Positions 10,781 to 20,209 of a stretch of 64,000 nucleotides of DNA are shown here, piece by piece. The notes below the pieces were generated by a model that did not search any database, was not told the origin of the DNA, and was given only the letters and a program-made list of their open reading frames with translations. The translations under genes and the position numbers were made by a program. Each line of letters begins with the position of its first letter. Within the stretch, counting starts at the first letter, position 1. The stretch comes from Aureliella sp. (GTDB lineage: Bacteria > Planctomycetota > Planctomycetia > Pirellulales > Pirellulaceae), in the NCBI GenBank assembly GCA_963691875.1, contig OY829846.1, positions 448,001-512,000 on the forward strand, read 5' to 3'.

Positions 10781-11475
10781 AGCTCCTTCTTTAATCGTTC
10801 GATCACGACTTGCATGTGTTGCTGCATGGCATTGGCGGCAGCATCAGGGTTTCGTTCTCTAATCCCACGGAGAATGGACTTGTGTAGCTTTCGCCCCAAT
10901 GCATTCTCTCGCTGTGAAGGTGTGGTAAGGACCATCTGTGCTAGGACAAACTCGTAGATCACCTCGATCATGTTTTGCATCAGCGGATTGCCTGCCATGT
11001 CGATCAACTTGCGATGGAATTGAAAGTCCAATTCGAGTGCATCCGGATACGGCAACGCCTCATCATCGAGTTGCTTCAACAACGAGGTCAACTCGGTGAT
11101 GTCGTCGTCGGTGGCCAATTCCGCGGCCTGCCGCGCCGCCTGCACTTCGATCGCGGTCCGCAATTCGACATAAGAGCGGAGTTCTTGAGGCGAGATGATC
11201 ACCGCGGATCGCAACAGCGTTACGCAGTTGGCCAGACTTGTGCGGTTCCCAACAAAGGTGCCGCGTCCCCGCTGAATATCGACGAGACCCATGCTCTGCA
11301 GTCGAGCCAGCGCTTCGCGCAACACCGGCCGGCTCACTTTGAGCTGTTCGACAAGTTCATGCTCACCGGGCAGCCGCTCACCGGCTGAAAGTTTCTGCTC
11401 CTTGATGACGCGGGCAATCCGCTCAACCACCAAGTCTGCCGTCGTCTGTTGCCGTTCAATGGCTTCGATTTGCAT
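10777..11475 (-). CDS. GntR family, FadR subfamily transcriptional regulator (HTH + FCD)
   Basis: GERLPGEHELVEQLKVSRPVLREALARL..MGLVDIQRGRGTFV HTH. FCD motifs DFQFH..L...AGNP and H..I. ATGA overlap with the downstream gene. Confidence 0.95.
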   Translation of the reverse strand: MQIEAIERQQTTADLVVERIARVIKEQKLSAGERLPGEHELVEQLKVSRPVLREALARLQSMGLVDIQRGRGTFVGNRTSLANCVTLLRSAVIISPQELRSYVELRTAIEVQAARQAAELATDDDITELTSLLKQLDDEALPYPDALELDFQFHRKLIDMAGNPLMQNMIEVIYEFVLAQMVLTTPSQRENALGRKLHKSILRGIRERNPDAAANAMQQHMQVVIERLKKEL

Positions 11476-11503
11476 AAATTGCTCTCAATTCCAGCATGTA
11501 AAG

Positions 11504-11514
11504 ATGTCAGACAT
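11504..11514. promoter_or_regulatory. candidate FadR-subfamily operator ATGTCAGACAT
   Basis: Palindrome ATGTC-A-GACAT about 30 nt upstream of the regulator's start. Fits the GTM-N(0-1)-KAC FadR box pattern. Confidence 0.6.
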
Positions 11515-12152
11515 GTTACCTCGGCCACCTAATAGATTCAAGCATCGCCGTTTTTCCAGCTGGATTTCAGTTCGAAGGCTAAAAGCGGAGGACCAGTTTG
11601 GGCGCCTTGATGGAAAACGTTGCTTCCGTCGTACTCCAATTGATGAAGGTCGTCGGTTCCCACTCTAGCAGCCTTTTTTGTTCCGATTGAGTAAGCTCGA
11701 TCTTTGAATCAGAACCTTGTTAGGGAAGTTGCGACGGAGCAGTTCGCTACAAACCGCATTTTGGACAGCGGGCTCGCATCTATCAAAACGTTTTGTCAGT
11801 CCATGAAATGATCGTGGAGTTCGGCCACTCGCGTTCCAGCCAACGTCGAGAAGCAGGAACTGATGCTGTGCTAGTCCCGTAAATGCAGGACCGAGTGTCG
11901 ATCCGAGATTCCGCTGGTCCGGTTTCGGTTGCAAAGCCTGGAAGGGCAAGCACTTCCTCGAGCGCCTCAGGGGAGTAAGAGAGGCAGCAAAAGTGGTAAT
12001 ATTGCAGATGACAAGTCAAGCTCACGATAGAAGGCATCGCTGTCGATTCTCGAATTGGAAATCGTTTACGAAAATACCGACGTTGGTGCTAGGTATTGTC
12101 AACGAACCGGGGCTTTGTAATAGGAAACCCCACGCAGGAGAAGTTAACTCGC

Positions 12153-12350
12153 ATGAACCGCATATCCGCAGGAATACGAGCCACTCTGATTCAGCGTCTA
12201 AAAGACGCAGGAGGCTTTGCTGCGTGGGATGAGTTTATTGAGATTTATACGCCTCTAATTTTCGAGTTGCGACCAATATTGGTTTCCAATTTGCCTACGC
12301 CCGGAACTTCGGTCAGGGGGCTTTCTGGCGGCTGCGAATTCGGTCTCGAA
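12153..12350 (+). pseudogene. N-terminal fragment of a planctomycete ECF sigma factor
   Basis: AGGAG then ATG. RATLIQRLKDAGGFAAWDEFIEIYTPLI, then after frameshifts FRVATNIGFQ...GQG and LAAANSVS, matching the TRxSLxxRL..D..AWDEF..IY.PLI.RVA...G.Q..DA ECF start. No region 4 is recognisable. Confidence 0.7.
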
Positions 12351-12612
12351 TGGCACCACAGTCGACACCAACAATACAGCCGGTTGGGGCAAGAATACGC
12401 TGGTAGCATACCTGAATGGAGCGGAAGTCGGAGAGTCGATCGCTTACCGCAAGGACGGTCGGATCTTCATGTGCGGCAGGAGCCGGTCGAACTGGATGTG
12501 ACGGAAGGCTCCTTGGCCGTGATTGGCGTAAATGCGAAGCTACAAGCGATGGAAGGCCAGGAACTGAAATCAATCTGGACGCGAAAGTGATCCGGCAACA
12601 GGAAAGAAAGTA

Positions 12613-15465
12613 ATGAGAGTTAAGATCTCTGAGTTTTTTGTCACGCTGCTACTTGTCTGTTCAACGGCGCGGGCTGACGTCCGACTTCCACGACTCTTCG
12701 GCGACAATCTGGTTCTTCAACAACAGACAAATAATACCATTTGGGGATGGGCCGAACCCGACGAAAAGGTAACAGTCTCGGCCAGTTGGGGAGTGTCCGT
12801 TTCGACCAGAGCAGACCCGGGCGGCCGATGGAAGTTGTTTTTATCAACGCCCGCGCATGGAACCGGTCATTCGCTGACGGTGGCCGGCGAAAACAAAATT
12901 GAAATCAGGAACGTAGCAATCGGCGAAGTCTGGCTATGCGCCGGCCAGTCCAATATGGGCTGGTCAACTGGCAACTCTTTCGAGGCGGAAAAGGAAGCCA
13001 GCGTCAATCTGCCGAATTTCCGTATCTTTAAGTCGCAGCGCGAGCACTGGCATCAGCCGCTAGAAGAATCCCGGGATCGGCTGCAGAAATGGAAACTCTG
13101 CAATCCCGAATCCGCGGCCGAAACTTCGGCCGTATCGTACTACTTCGGCAAGACGCTCCATCAGAAATTGGACATACCTGTAGGCGTCATCGTACAGGCC
13201 TACGCGGGGACGCCAATCGAGGGTTGGATGCCTTGGGACATTCAGGAGGACGACACGCGCGCAGTCGAACATAAAAAAACACTCGACAAAAACGCTCGGC
13301 GAATCATTGCTCGAGGTGAAACCATCGAGAAGGCCCTCGCAACATTCGATCAAGAGTCCGTCAAGTACAAAGCCAAAATCGCTGCCGGCGAAACGATGAA
13401 AAATGCGTTTAAACCAATGCAGCCACCATACATCACCAAGCCGGCGTCGTTGGGGCACCAATATCCAGGCCATATATTCAATGCGATGATCCATCCGGTT
13501 CGGCCGTACGGCATTCGCGGGATGATTTGGTATCAAGGTGAACGAAACTCTAAGAACGTTCCTCAAGCCGTTCACTATCGCAATCAGCTAGCTAAGCTCA
13601 TTCGTTACTACCGATCGACGTGGCATGAAAAATCCGCGGGCAACGTCGCTGATGATTTTCCGTTTCAGTTCACGCAACTTCCAAGTTGGAATCCGCCACA
13701 GGATAGGCCGGTCGAAGGACTGGAAGCATCGTGGGCAGCCAACCGGGAGGCCATGCGGAAGACTGAATGGGATGTTGCCGACAGTGGCATGGTGGTTTCG
13801 ATCGACACCGGTGATGCGGTGGAGCTCCACCCGAAAAATAAAAGACCACTGGGCATTCGTCATGCGCTGCTAGCGTTGCAGCAAACTTATGGCCAACAGG
13901 TTGTCGGCAGGGGCCCCCGTTTCACAAGCCATCGCGTTCAGGACAACAAGATCTTGCTGGAATTTGATTCCATCGGTTCCGGGTTGATGGCTGCCCGACT
14001 GGGAACACTGGACGCGTTCGCCATCGCGGGTGAAGACCGTCAGTGGCGCTGGGCGGACGCGGAAATGACTGATGGTAAGGTCGTAGTCTCTTCCCAGGAG
14101 GTTCCTCGGCCGGTCGCAGTTCGATATGCGTGGGCCATGAATCCATCGCAACGCAATTTGCTCTACAACAAAGAAGGACTTCCAGCGTCGCCGTTCCGCA
14201 CCGATGACTGGCCATTGTTTGATACCAAAGACGAGATCCTCGAGGTCAACAAGCCGCAAAAACCAGCGGGTTATCAGGCAAAAGATTGGGACCGCCCGGC
14301 GATGCCGGAAGCGGTTAACGTTGATGAAGAGTCGCCCGAGTCGAACGGGCTCGCCCCAGAAGTTACCGATCTGAACGCGGAAGAGATTTCGTACCAGCTG
14401 GAGAGTAAACTCCCGTACCTAGCCGAGCCGTTTTTCGATATCACTCCACACGACGGGAAGGACGGCATCGCCGTTGGTGAACTCGGGCGGGATGGCGGGG
14501 ACCGCAATGTTGTTCTTGAGTTCGCGCGAGCGTTGGCCAAAGAGTCGAAAGAACCGAAGAGTGGTATGACCGACAGCCTGCTTATCAGCTACAAGGGCAA
14601 GCTTGTTTTCGAGTCATATTTTCGTCGTGGCCGCCTCAACTATCCTCACTACCAGATGTCGATCACTAAGTCCTACACGGCCATGGCGGTCGGACGAGCC
14701 ATTCAGTTGGGGCATCTGACGATGGATGACCTCGATAAGCCCGCGATCTCGTTTCTGAATGACCTAAAGCCAGAGTTACTCGTAAAGGGGGCGGACGGCA
14801 TCACGCTGCATGAGGCGATGAATATGACGTCGGGTATTCGCATCGACAAGGAAACGGTGAGTGCTCTGCGGAAGGCACCTCAAAAACTCAAGGGGCAAGG
14901 ACAAGTTCAAGCGTATCTGCAGCTTAGCGAGCCGATTCCGCCAGCTCCGCGAGAGTTCAAGTATCAGGCTTCGGACCCTGTCATCGTGATGCAGGTACTT
15001 GAAGCTGTTGTGCCGGGCAGCGCCGAAGACTTCATCCGCAATGAGCTGTGGCGACGTCTTGGAGTCAACAACTATCACTGGCGAGCAGACCTGAGCGGAC
15101 TTCCCAAGTCGGCTGCCGGTTCTAGCTTCCGGTCGCGGGACATGTTGAAGATTGGGCTGCTCGTCCTGAACAAGGGGAAGTGGCAGGGCCAGCAAATCAT
15201 TCCCGCCGACTTCGTCCAGCGTGCCACCAGTCCCATAAGGAGGACCTTCGGTAAGTCATCTTATGGTTACTTTTGGTGGACCGAAGACTATGCGATCAAC
15301 GGAAAGACTTACCACTGCAAACAAGGCCGAGGCGCAGGCGGACAGTTCATCTTCATGTTCCCCGCATTAGATTTGGTCGCGGTTGTCACCGCTCACAATA
15401 AGGGCATGGGCAATATTCTGCGGACACTGCCGAACACGTTGATTCCCGCTTTTACAGCGGAATAG
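12613..15465 (+). CDS. secreted sialate O-acetylesterase (SASA/SGNH) fused to a C-terminal beta-lactamase-fold serine hydrolase
   Basis: Signal peptide. SASA part: GEVWLCAGQSNM, IWYQGERN, LHPKNK, VRYAW and GLPASPFRTDDW. C-terminal domain has SxxK (SITKS), TLHEAMNMTSG, YGYFWW and GAGGQFIF. Confidence 0.88.
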   Translation: MRVKISEFFVTLLLVCSTARADVRLPRLFGDNLVLQQQTNNTIWGWAEPDEKVTVSASWGVSVSTRADPGGRWKLFLSTPAHGTGHSLTVAGENKIEIRNVAIGEVWLCAGQSNMGWSTGNSFEAEKEASVNLPNFRIFKSQREHWHQPLEESRDRLQKWKLCNPESAAETSAVSYYFGKTLHQKLDIPVGVIVQAYAGTPIEGWMPWDIQEDDTRAVEHKKTLDKNARRIIARGETIEKALATFDQESVKYKAKIAAGETMKNAFKPMQPPYITKPASLGHQYPGHIFNAMIHPVRPYGIRGMIWYQGERNSKNVPQAVHYRNQLAKLIRYYRSTWHEKSAGNVADDFPFQFTQLPSWNPPQDRPVEGLEASWAANREAMRKTEWDVADSGMVVSIDTGDAVELHPKNKRPLGIRHALLALQQTYGQQVVGRGPRFTSHRVQDNKILLEFDSIGSGLMAARLGTLDAFAIAGEDRQWRWADAEMTDGKVVVSSQEVPRPVAVRYAWAMNPSQRNLLYNKEGLPASPFRTDDWPLFDTKDEILEVNKPQKPAGYQAKDWDRPAMPEAVNVDEESPESNGLAPEVTDLNAEEISYQLESKLPYLAEPFFDITPHDGKDGIAVGELGRDGGDRNVVLEFARALAKESKEPKSGMTDSLLISYKGKLVFESYFRRGRLNYPHYQMSITKSYTAMAVGRAIQLGHLTMDDLDKPAISFLNDLKPELLVKGADGITLHEAMNMTSGIRIDKETVSALRKAPQKLKGQGQVQAYLQLSEPIPPAPREFKYQASDPVIVMQVLEAVVPGSAEDFIRNELWRRLGVNNYHWRADLSGLPKSAAGSSFRSRDMLKIGLLVLNKGKWQGQQIIPADFVQRATSPIRRTFGKSSYGYFWWTEDYAINGKTYHCKQGRGAGGQFIFMFPALDLVAVVTAHNKGMGNILRTLPNTLIPAFTAE

Positions 15466-16537
15466 CTACCAGTGAGATAGAACACCAATATCGACACCGC
15501 AGTTCTGAGCCTCCGCGTGCTCCGTTTGATGGTCGTGTAAAGCGCTCAATCGCTTGCGGCGGTAAGACCGGATATTCGGAGCATCTTGACGGATGATCAA
15601 GGATAAGCTGATTTTGGCGGTTTCTGGAAACAGAGGAAGAAACTCCGCGATTGTTTGTTTGGCAAAGGAAGGAACACGCTCCACTTCAAGAAAAACCGGC
15701 ATTCGGAAGGTTCGATCTTCTGGCGTGATACCAGGGCACTGCGCAGCGGTAATGGCTCGCCGTGCGAAGGAGTTCATCGTCTGCCGCGTATCGATTGATA
15801 ATCGGGGGGAAGTGGCGGCAGGACGAGTCTAAGATGCGATCTTTCCAAAGATCGAATTCTTTGCCGCGTTTGCAAATCTCGCTGGAATTGATTTGCCAGA
15901 GGAGCGTCGCTTCGGCGGAGTTCTAGAAAATCGACTTGCTGTTGGGGCAGCGAAAATCGGAATGGGACAGCGTCTACTTGCAGGGTTCAGCGGGTATCTA
16001 GGATTGGGGAAGTACCTGAAAGCGAACGCTCATCTACAAAGCTGTCCCGCCGGGGCCGACCGAAAGGGGATCAAAGAACTCTATGACCTTTAGGGGGATC
16101 TGAGCGAATAGTCGATCCGTGCATTGAAGCACCACGACTAAGTTTCAAAGTTGATGGGGCGGGTGCAGTCGATTGCACATGACGACCGGCCTTGTCTCGC
16201 CCTGTGCAAAAAAATTTGCCCGAACGAAAACAAGGTGGAGGATCGAGCTGGCTTGATACGCTAGTTGCTGCCATCAGTCCACGTCGTCAGAGTCTCGCCA
16301 CACACGCGAACCCATGGTTCGAATGTGACGCTCGAAGAAGAGTACGCTTTAACGTCTGAAAGATAGAGACTGGCACGCCGGCCGCACCCTTAAGGGGATG
16401 AGTAACGGAATCCGCAAGCCGTTGTAATCTAGGCACTTATAGAAAAGAGGACTCGCCGCTAATTTCCGTATAGTGGGGCTGAATAGGGAGGTGTTGTCGT
16501 AGCAGGGGCCGTGCGTGCTTGTGTTTTCCGGCAATAT

Positions 16538-16553
16538 ACCGTATACTTACGGT
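16538..16553. promoter_or_regulatory. candidate BlaI-family operator ACCGTA-N4-TACGGT
   Basis: Perfect 6-bp inverted repeat about 35 nt upstream of the blaI-like start. Confidence 0.45.
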
Positions 16554-16588
16554 GGGATGCCGTATGTGGTTGATGTGAGGGAGATCAG

Positions 16589-16969
16589 GTGACGACTCAG
16601 CGACTTACGAACGCGGAGATTGCATTAATGGAACTGCTCTGGGAAACGAATCCGTTGACCGCAAGGCAGATTCGCGAACAGCTATATGACGATTCCGAGA
16701 AATCACAGCATGGGACTGTGCAGCGACTTTTGCAGAGTGTTGAAGAAAAGCAGATGGTCAGCCGTGATCGCAGTTTAGGGGTGCATCTGTTTTCTCCACT
16801 CGTCAGCCGCGAAGCCTATGGTGGACGGCAATTGGAATCGTTGGCGGAGAAGTTGACGGGCGGTTCCATTGCACCCCTTCTGACTCACCTATTGGAAACG
16901 GACAAACTCGACAAGGCCGAGATTAAGCGTCTGCGACTTCTCTTGGAGGAGGCCAAAGAACGTGGTTGA
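16589..16969 (+). CDS. BlaI/MecI/CopY family transcriptional repressor
   Basis: LTNAEIALMELLW, TARQIRE, TVQRLL, GGSIAPLLTHL and EIKRLR. GGGAG SD before the GTG start. Confidence 0.92.
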   Translation: MTTQRLTNAEIALMELLWETNPLTARQIREQLYDDSEKSQHGTVQRLLQSVEEKQMVSRDRSLGVHLFSPLVSREAYGGRQLESLAEKLTGGSIAPLLTHLLETDKLDKAEIKRLRLLLEEAKERG

Positions 16970-18896
16970 TTTTGTTGTCGCAGCAACGCTCAGTAACCTA
17001 ATGGTGTCCACGCTCCTCGCAGTTCTCGCTTGGGTGGTGCAACGGCGAATTCCTTCGCCGGGACTGGCGAATCTTCTTTGGGTAATCGTGTTGATCAAAC
17101 TCATCACGCCTCCAGTCGTGACAATTCCAGCCATGACCGTCCCGAGCATTGCAGGGACCAACCGATCCACCGTCCCTGACTTCAATATGGAGCGAGATAC
17201 CGCCCTCGGAGCGGAACTCGTCAAGAGTATCGGCCCATCGAAAGCGACACCGAAAGTCTTAACGGCTTCTTCTATGACAGATTTGACTTTCCTACTCCTT
17301 CAGCTCGGCTTGTTTGTTTGGGTGGCAGTGAGTGCGATCTTGTTTGCTCTTTCTGGTGCTCGAATTCTCCGATTCCATTGGTGGCTCGTTAGGTCTTCAC
17401 GTGTCGATCAGGACGTTAGTCGTTCACTGTGCTCAAACCTTGCTGGACAGTTCGGCTTGCGACGATCACCACAAGTTCTTGTGACCGCAGCCAATATTCC
17501 GCCTTTTGTTTGGTGGCTTAGGGGGCGCTGCGTCATTGTTGTGTCATCGCGGGCAATGAAGGAACTAAATTGGACAGACCTTCGTTTGATTATTGCCCAT
17601 GAGATAGCGCACGTTCACCGCCGCGACCACTGGTTCCGATGGCTTGAATGGCTTTCTCTTTTGGCATTTTGGTGGAATCCAATCATGTGGTGTGCCCGCC
17701 GTCAATTGAGAGTTTCTGAAGAGATGGCTTGCGATCAAATCGTGCTTCAAACTGCAAAATGTGGAGTGAATCAATATGCGCAGTCTCTGCTGAACATGGC
17801 AGAGCTGTTGGCTTCGCCGGCGTTCCGTCCGCCGGTATTGGCAAGTGCAATTAACAGCGGCGGAAGTCTTAAGATAAGGTTAAATGTGATGATGAACGGA
17901 AGAACCTGGAGAGTACCGGCAGCTTTGCGAACCGTTGTCGTGGTCATGTCAATTTTTGTTTTTCCAATCGGTTTCGTCTATGCGCAGGACTTTGAGGCCG
18001 TCCAGCGAAGATTAGGTGGTGCGGTAGAAGCGGGCGAGCTTTCGTTGGAGCAGGCAAACCTGATGATGGAGGCGCTGCGACATTCTTCTCAGCGTGATCG
18101 AGAATTCGAAGCGAAGAAGCATCGTTACATGCAGTTCACGGAAGAAATTCAAGCTGCTGTTGAAGCCGGTAAACTCTCTGAGGAAGAAGCCGAGGAGCGG
18201 CTGATCGCTGTCCGCCGGGAGATGTTCGAGGAGAAACGGGGCGCTGAGGGCGAAGCACGTGTGCTGAAGGAAAAGAAACGTCGCTACGAGCAAGTCGCAC
18301 GCGAAATCAAAAAAGCTCGCGAAGCTGGAGAGATTTCGGATTTAGAAGCGGAGAACACGTTGGTTCAGCTTCGTCGGGAGATATTCGAGGAGAAACGGGA
18401 CGATGAAGGCGAAGCACGTGATTTTAGATCATGGGAAATTCGCCACGAACAAGCTGTCCGGAGCATCAAAGAGGCTCTTGAAGCTGGTGAGCTGTCCGAA
18501 GAAGAAGCAGAGGAAAAGCTGATTGAGCTACGCGGTGAATTTATAGATCGGGAACGCCACGAAGATGCGCGTGATTTGAACTCAAGAGAGCATCGCTACG
18601 AGCAAGTCGCACGTGAAACCAAAGAAGCTCAAGCAGCGGGAACAATTTCGGAAGTGGAGGCGAAGAATAAGCTCCTTCAGCTGCGTCAGGAGATGTTCGA
18701 GAAGAATCGCGGCGATGAGGGCGCAGTGCGTGATTTGAAAATAAAAGAACGTTACGACCAAGCCGCTCGCAGAATCAAAGAGTCTCATCGAGCTGGCGAG
18801 CTCTCCGAAAAAGAAGTAGAGGAAAAACTGATTGACCTGCGGCGTGAATTTCGAGGAGAAAGCCGCAAAGATGATGGCCAAGGCAAAGATCGATGA
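16962..18896 (+). CDS. BlaR1-like M56 metallopeptidase sensor with a C-terminal helical repeat region
   Basis: N-terminal TM helices, HEIAHVHRRD zinc motif, WWNP, EEMACD and Y..SLL. No penicillin-binding domain; six A.xAG.(L/I)S..EA repeats instead. Confidence 0.9.
   Translation: MVDFVVAATLSNLMVSTLLAVLAWVVQRRIPSPGLANLLWVIVLIKLITPPVVTIPAMTVPSIAGTNRSTVPDFNMERDTALGAELVKSIGPSKATPKVLTASSMTDLTFLLLQLGLFVWVAVSAILFALSGARILRFHWWLVRSSRVDQDVSRSLCSNLAGQFGLRRSPQVLVTAANIPPFVWWLRGRCVIVVSSRAMKELNWTDLRLIIAHEIAHVHRRDHWFRWLEWLSLLAFWWNPIMWCARRQLRVSEEMACDQIVLQTAKCGVNQYAQSLLNMAELLASPAFRPPVLASAINSGGSLKIRLNVMMNGRTWRVPAALRTVVVVMSIFVFPIGFVYAQDFEAVQRRLGGAVEAGELSLEQANLMMEALRHSSQRDREFEAKKHRYMQFTEEIQAAVEAGKLSEEEAEERLIAVRREMFEEKRGAEGEARVLKEKKRRYEQVAREIKKAREAGEISDLEAENTLVQLRREIFEEKRDDEGEARDFRSWEIRHEQAVRSIKEALEAGELSEEEAEEKLIELRGEFIDRERHEDARDLNSREHRYEQVARETKEAQAAGTISEVEAKNKLLQLRQEMFEKNRGDEGAVRDLKIKERYDQAARRIKESHRAGELSEKEVEEKLIDLRREFRGESRKDDGQGKDR
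17990..18860 (+). repeat. intragenic tandem repeat, 6 units of about 45-53 aa with a higher-order 312-nt duplication
   Basis: TCGCTACGAGCAAGTCGCACG occurs at 18281 and 18593. Units contain AVEAGELS, AVEAGKLS, AREAGEIS, ALEAGELS, AQAAGTIS and SHRAGELS. Confidence 0.85.
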
Positions 18897-19804
18897 ATCT
18901 CTTGAAATGGCTTGTTTGCGTTGCGACGTTGTCGGTTGGGCAATCGACGCTGGCACAGCAGGAATCCAATCGTAAAACTCTGACTTCGGGCGAATATCAC
19001 GTCACGCAGTCGTGGTCCCAGGAGCGGTCGTTTAAGCGGCCCTACCATGTCCGTGTTCCTGAGGCCGAGTCGCAGCAACTTCCGGTTTTGGTTTTCCTAC
19101 ATGGAAACGGAGGCAACGCGCTTCAAGCAATGCGAGGGTTCATTAGTGGACGTAGAAAGATCGCTTCTCGCTACGTCTTGGTCTTTCCGCAGGGCTATCG
19201 CGAGAGTTGGAATATCGTGTCGGAGCGTTCCAAAGCAGACGATCTTGGCTTCATCGAAGCGATTGTGCATCAGCTGGCTGCTTTTGAAAATGTCGATTCC
19301 CGTAACTTTACGATCATGGGAGCGTCCAACGGTGCCGCGTTGGTCAATCAATTGGCGATCGAGAGTAAGTTACCAAGCGTGCGAAATTACATCAGCGGAG
19401 TCAGCCAACTGAACACGTGGCAACATGACGGCAAGCACTTCAAAGCGAAAGGCGATGAAAACAACTATCGCAAAGTGGCTTTCCCAGCCAAAGGTAAGCG
19501 ATTACTGAATATCTCAGGTGTGATGGATAGACTGGTTCCGTACCAAGGCGGCCTTTCGCCGGCGATTCCGGCGAAAGGCGGAAAGCTGGCGTTTATCGCA
19601 GCGGAAGAATCGACATTCCTATGGGCTCAACAAATGGGGTATACGGGAGAACAGCTACGTCAACCATCCAGCACCGTCGGGAACGTTGAAATCTTTAGCT
19701 ATCTCAATGGCGATGTCGTTCATTACAAAGTGACTAACGAGGGCCACGGCGCTACACACGGTATTAGTGAGAACCTGCTGCTGAAATTCCTTGATGGAAA
19801 ATAG
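18893..19804 (+). CDS. secreted alpha/beta hydrolase (PHB-depolymerase/LpqC-like esterase)
   Basis: Signal peptide, VFLHGNGG, VFPQG, ADDLGFI, nucleophile GASNG, ISG..DRLVPY.GG and GHG. ATGA overlap with the M56 gene. Confidence 0.82.
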   Translation: MNLLKWLVCVATLSVGQSTLAQQESNRKTLTSGEYHVTQSWSQERSFKRPYHVRVPEAESQQLPVLVFLHGNGGNALQAMRGFISGRRKIASRYVLVFPQGYRESWNIVSERSKADDLGFIEAIVHQLAAFENVDSRNFTIMGASNGAALVNQLAIESKLPSVRNYISGVSQLNTWQHDGKHFKAKGDENNYRKVAFPAKGKRLLNISGVMDRLVPYQGGLSPAIPAKGGKLAFIAAEESTFLWAQQMGYTGEQLRQPSSTVGNVEIFSYLNGDVVHYKVTNEGHGATHGISENLLLKFLDGK

Positions 19805-20209
19805 GGTCCTGTTGAGCGCCGTCACGCTAATTCCCGTTCCGTGTAAGGAGAGGTTTGACAACGATGAATTGCGGCCATTAAGGCTGTAATTTGGTGTCAT
19901 AATTGATTGTTATTTCGCGCGTTGCCAGCGATTGATTAGTGGAATAAGGCTAAGTCATGGTAACCCCGGGGCATACTTTACATGGCGTTATGGGGGAGTG
20001 CGATGGCAATGCTCCAGCGCTTGTTTGTATACGAAGATTCCAATATCAAGGGCGAGCGCTTTTGGCTTACCCTGCGCGGCGGCCAACTTTGTTAAACTTG
20101 CTGCACTTTCATTGGCTGTGCTCCGGGACTACTTTTTTGCCCAGCGTTTCTGCGGTGCTCTGCTTGCCATCCGATCGGTGTTTCCAACGCCGAGCTAACG
20201 TGATTTGGA

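Noticed and set aside
15466..16330. ORF 15466..15777 abutting the SASA stop tail-to-tail, and ORF 15893..16093
   Set aside because: No family could be assigned. Possibly decayed gene fragments, but I cannot support a call.
17990..18860. repeats considered as a CRISPR array
   Set aside because: They are degenerate in-frame coding repeats with no constant repeat/unique spacer pattern and no cas genes.
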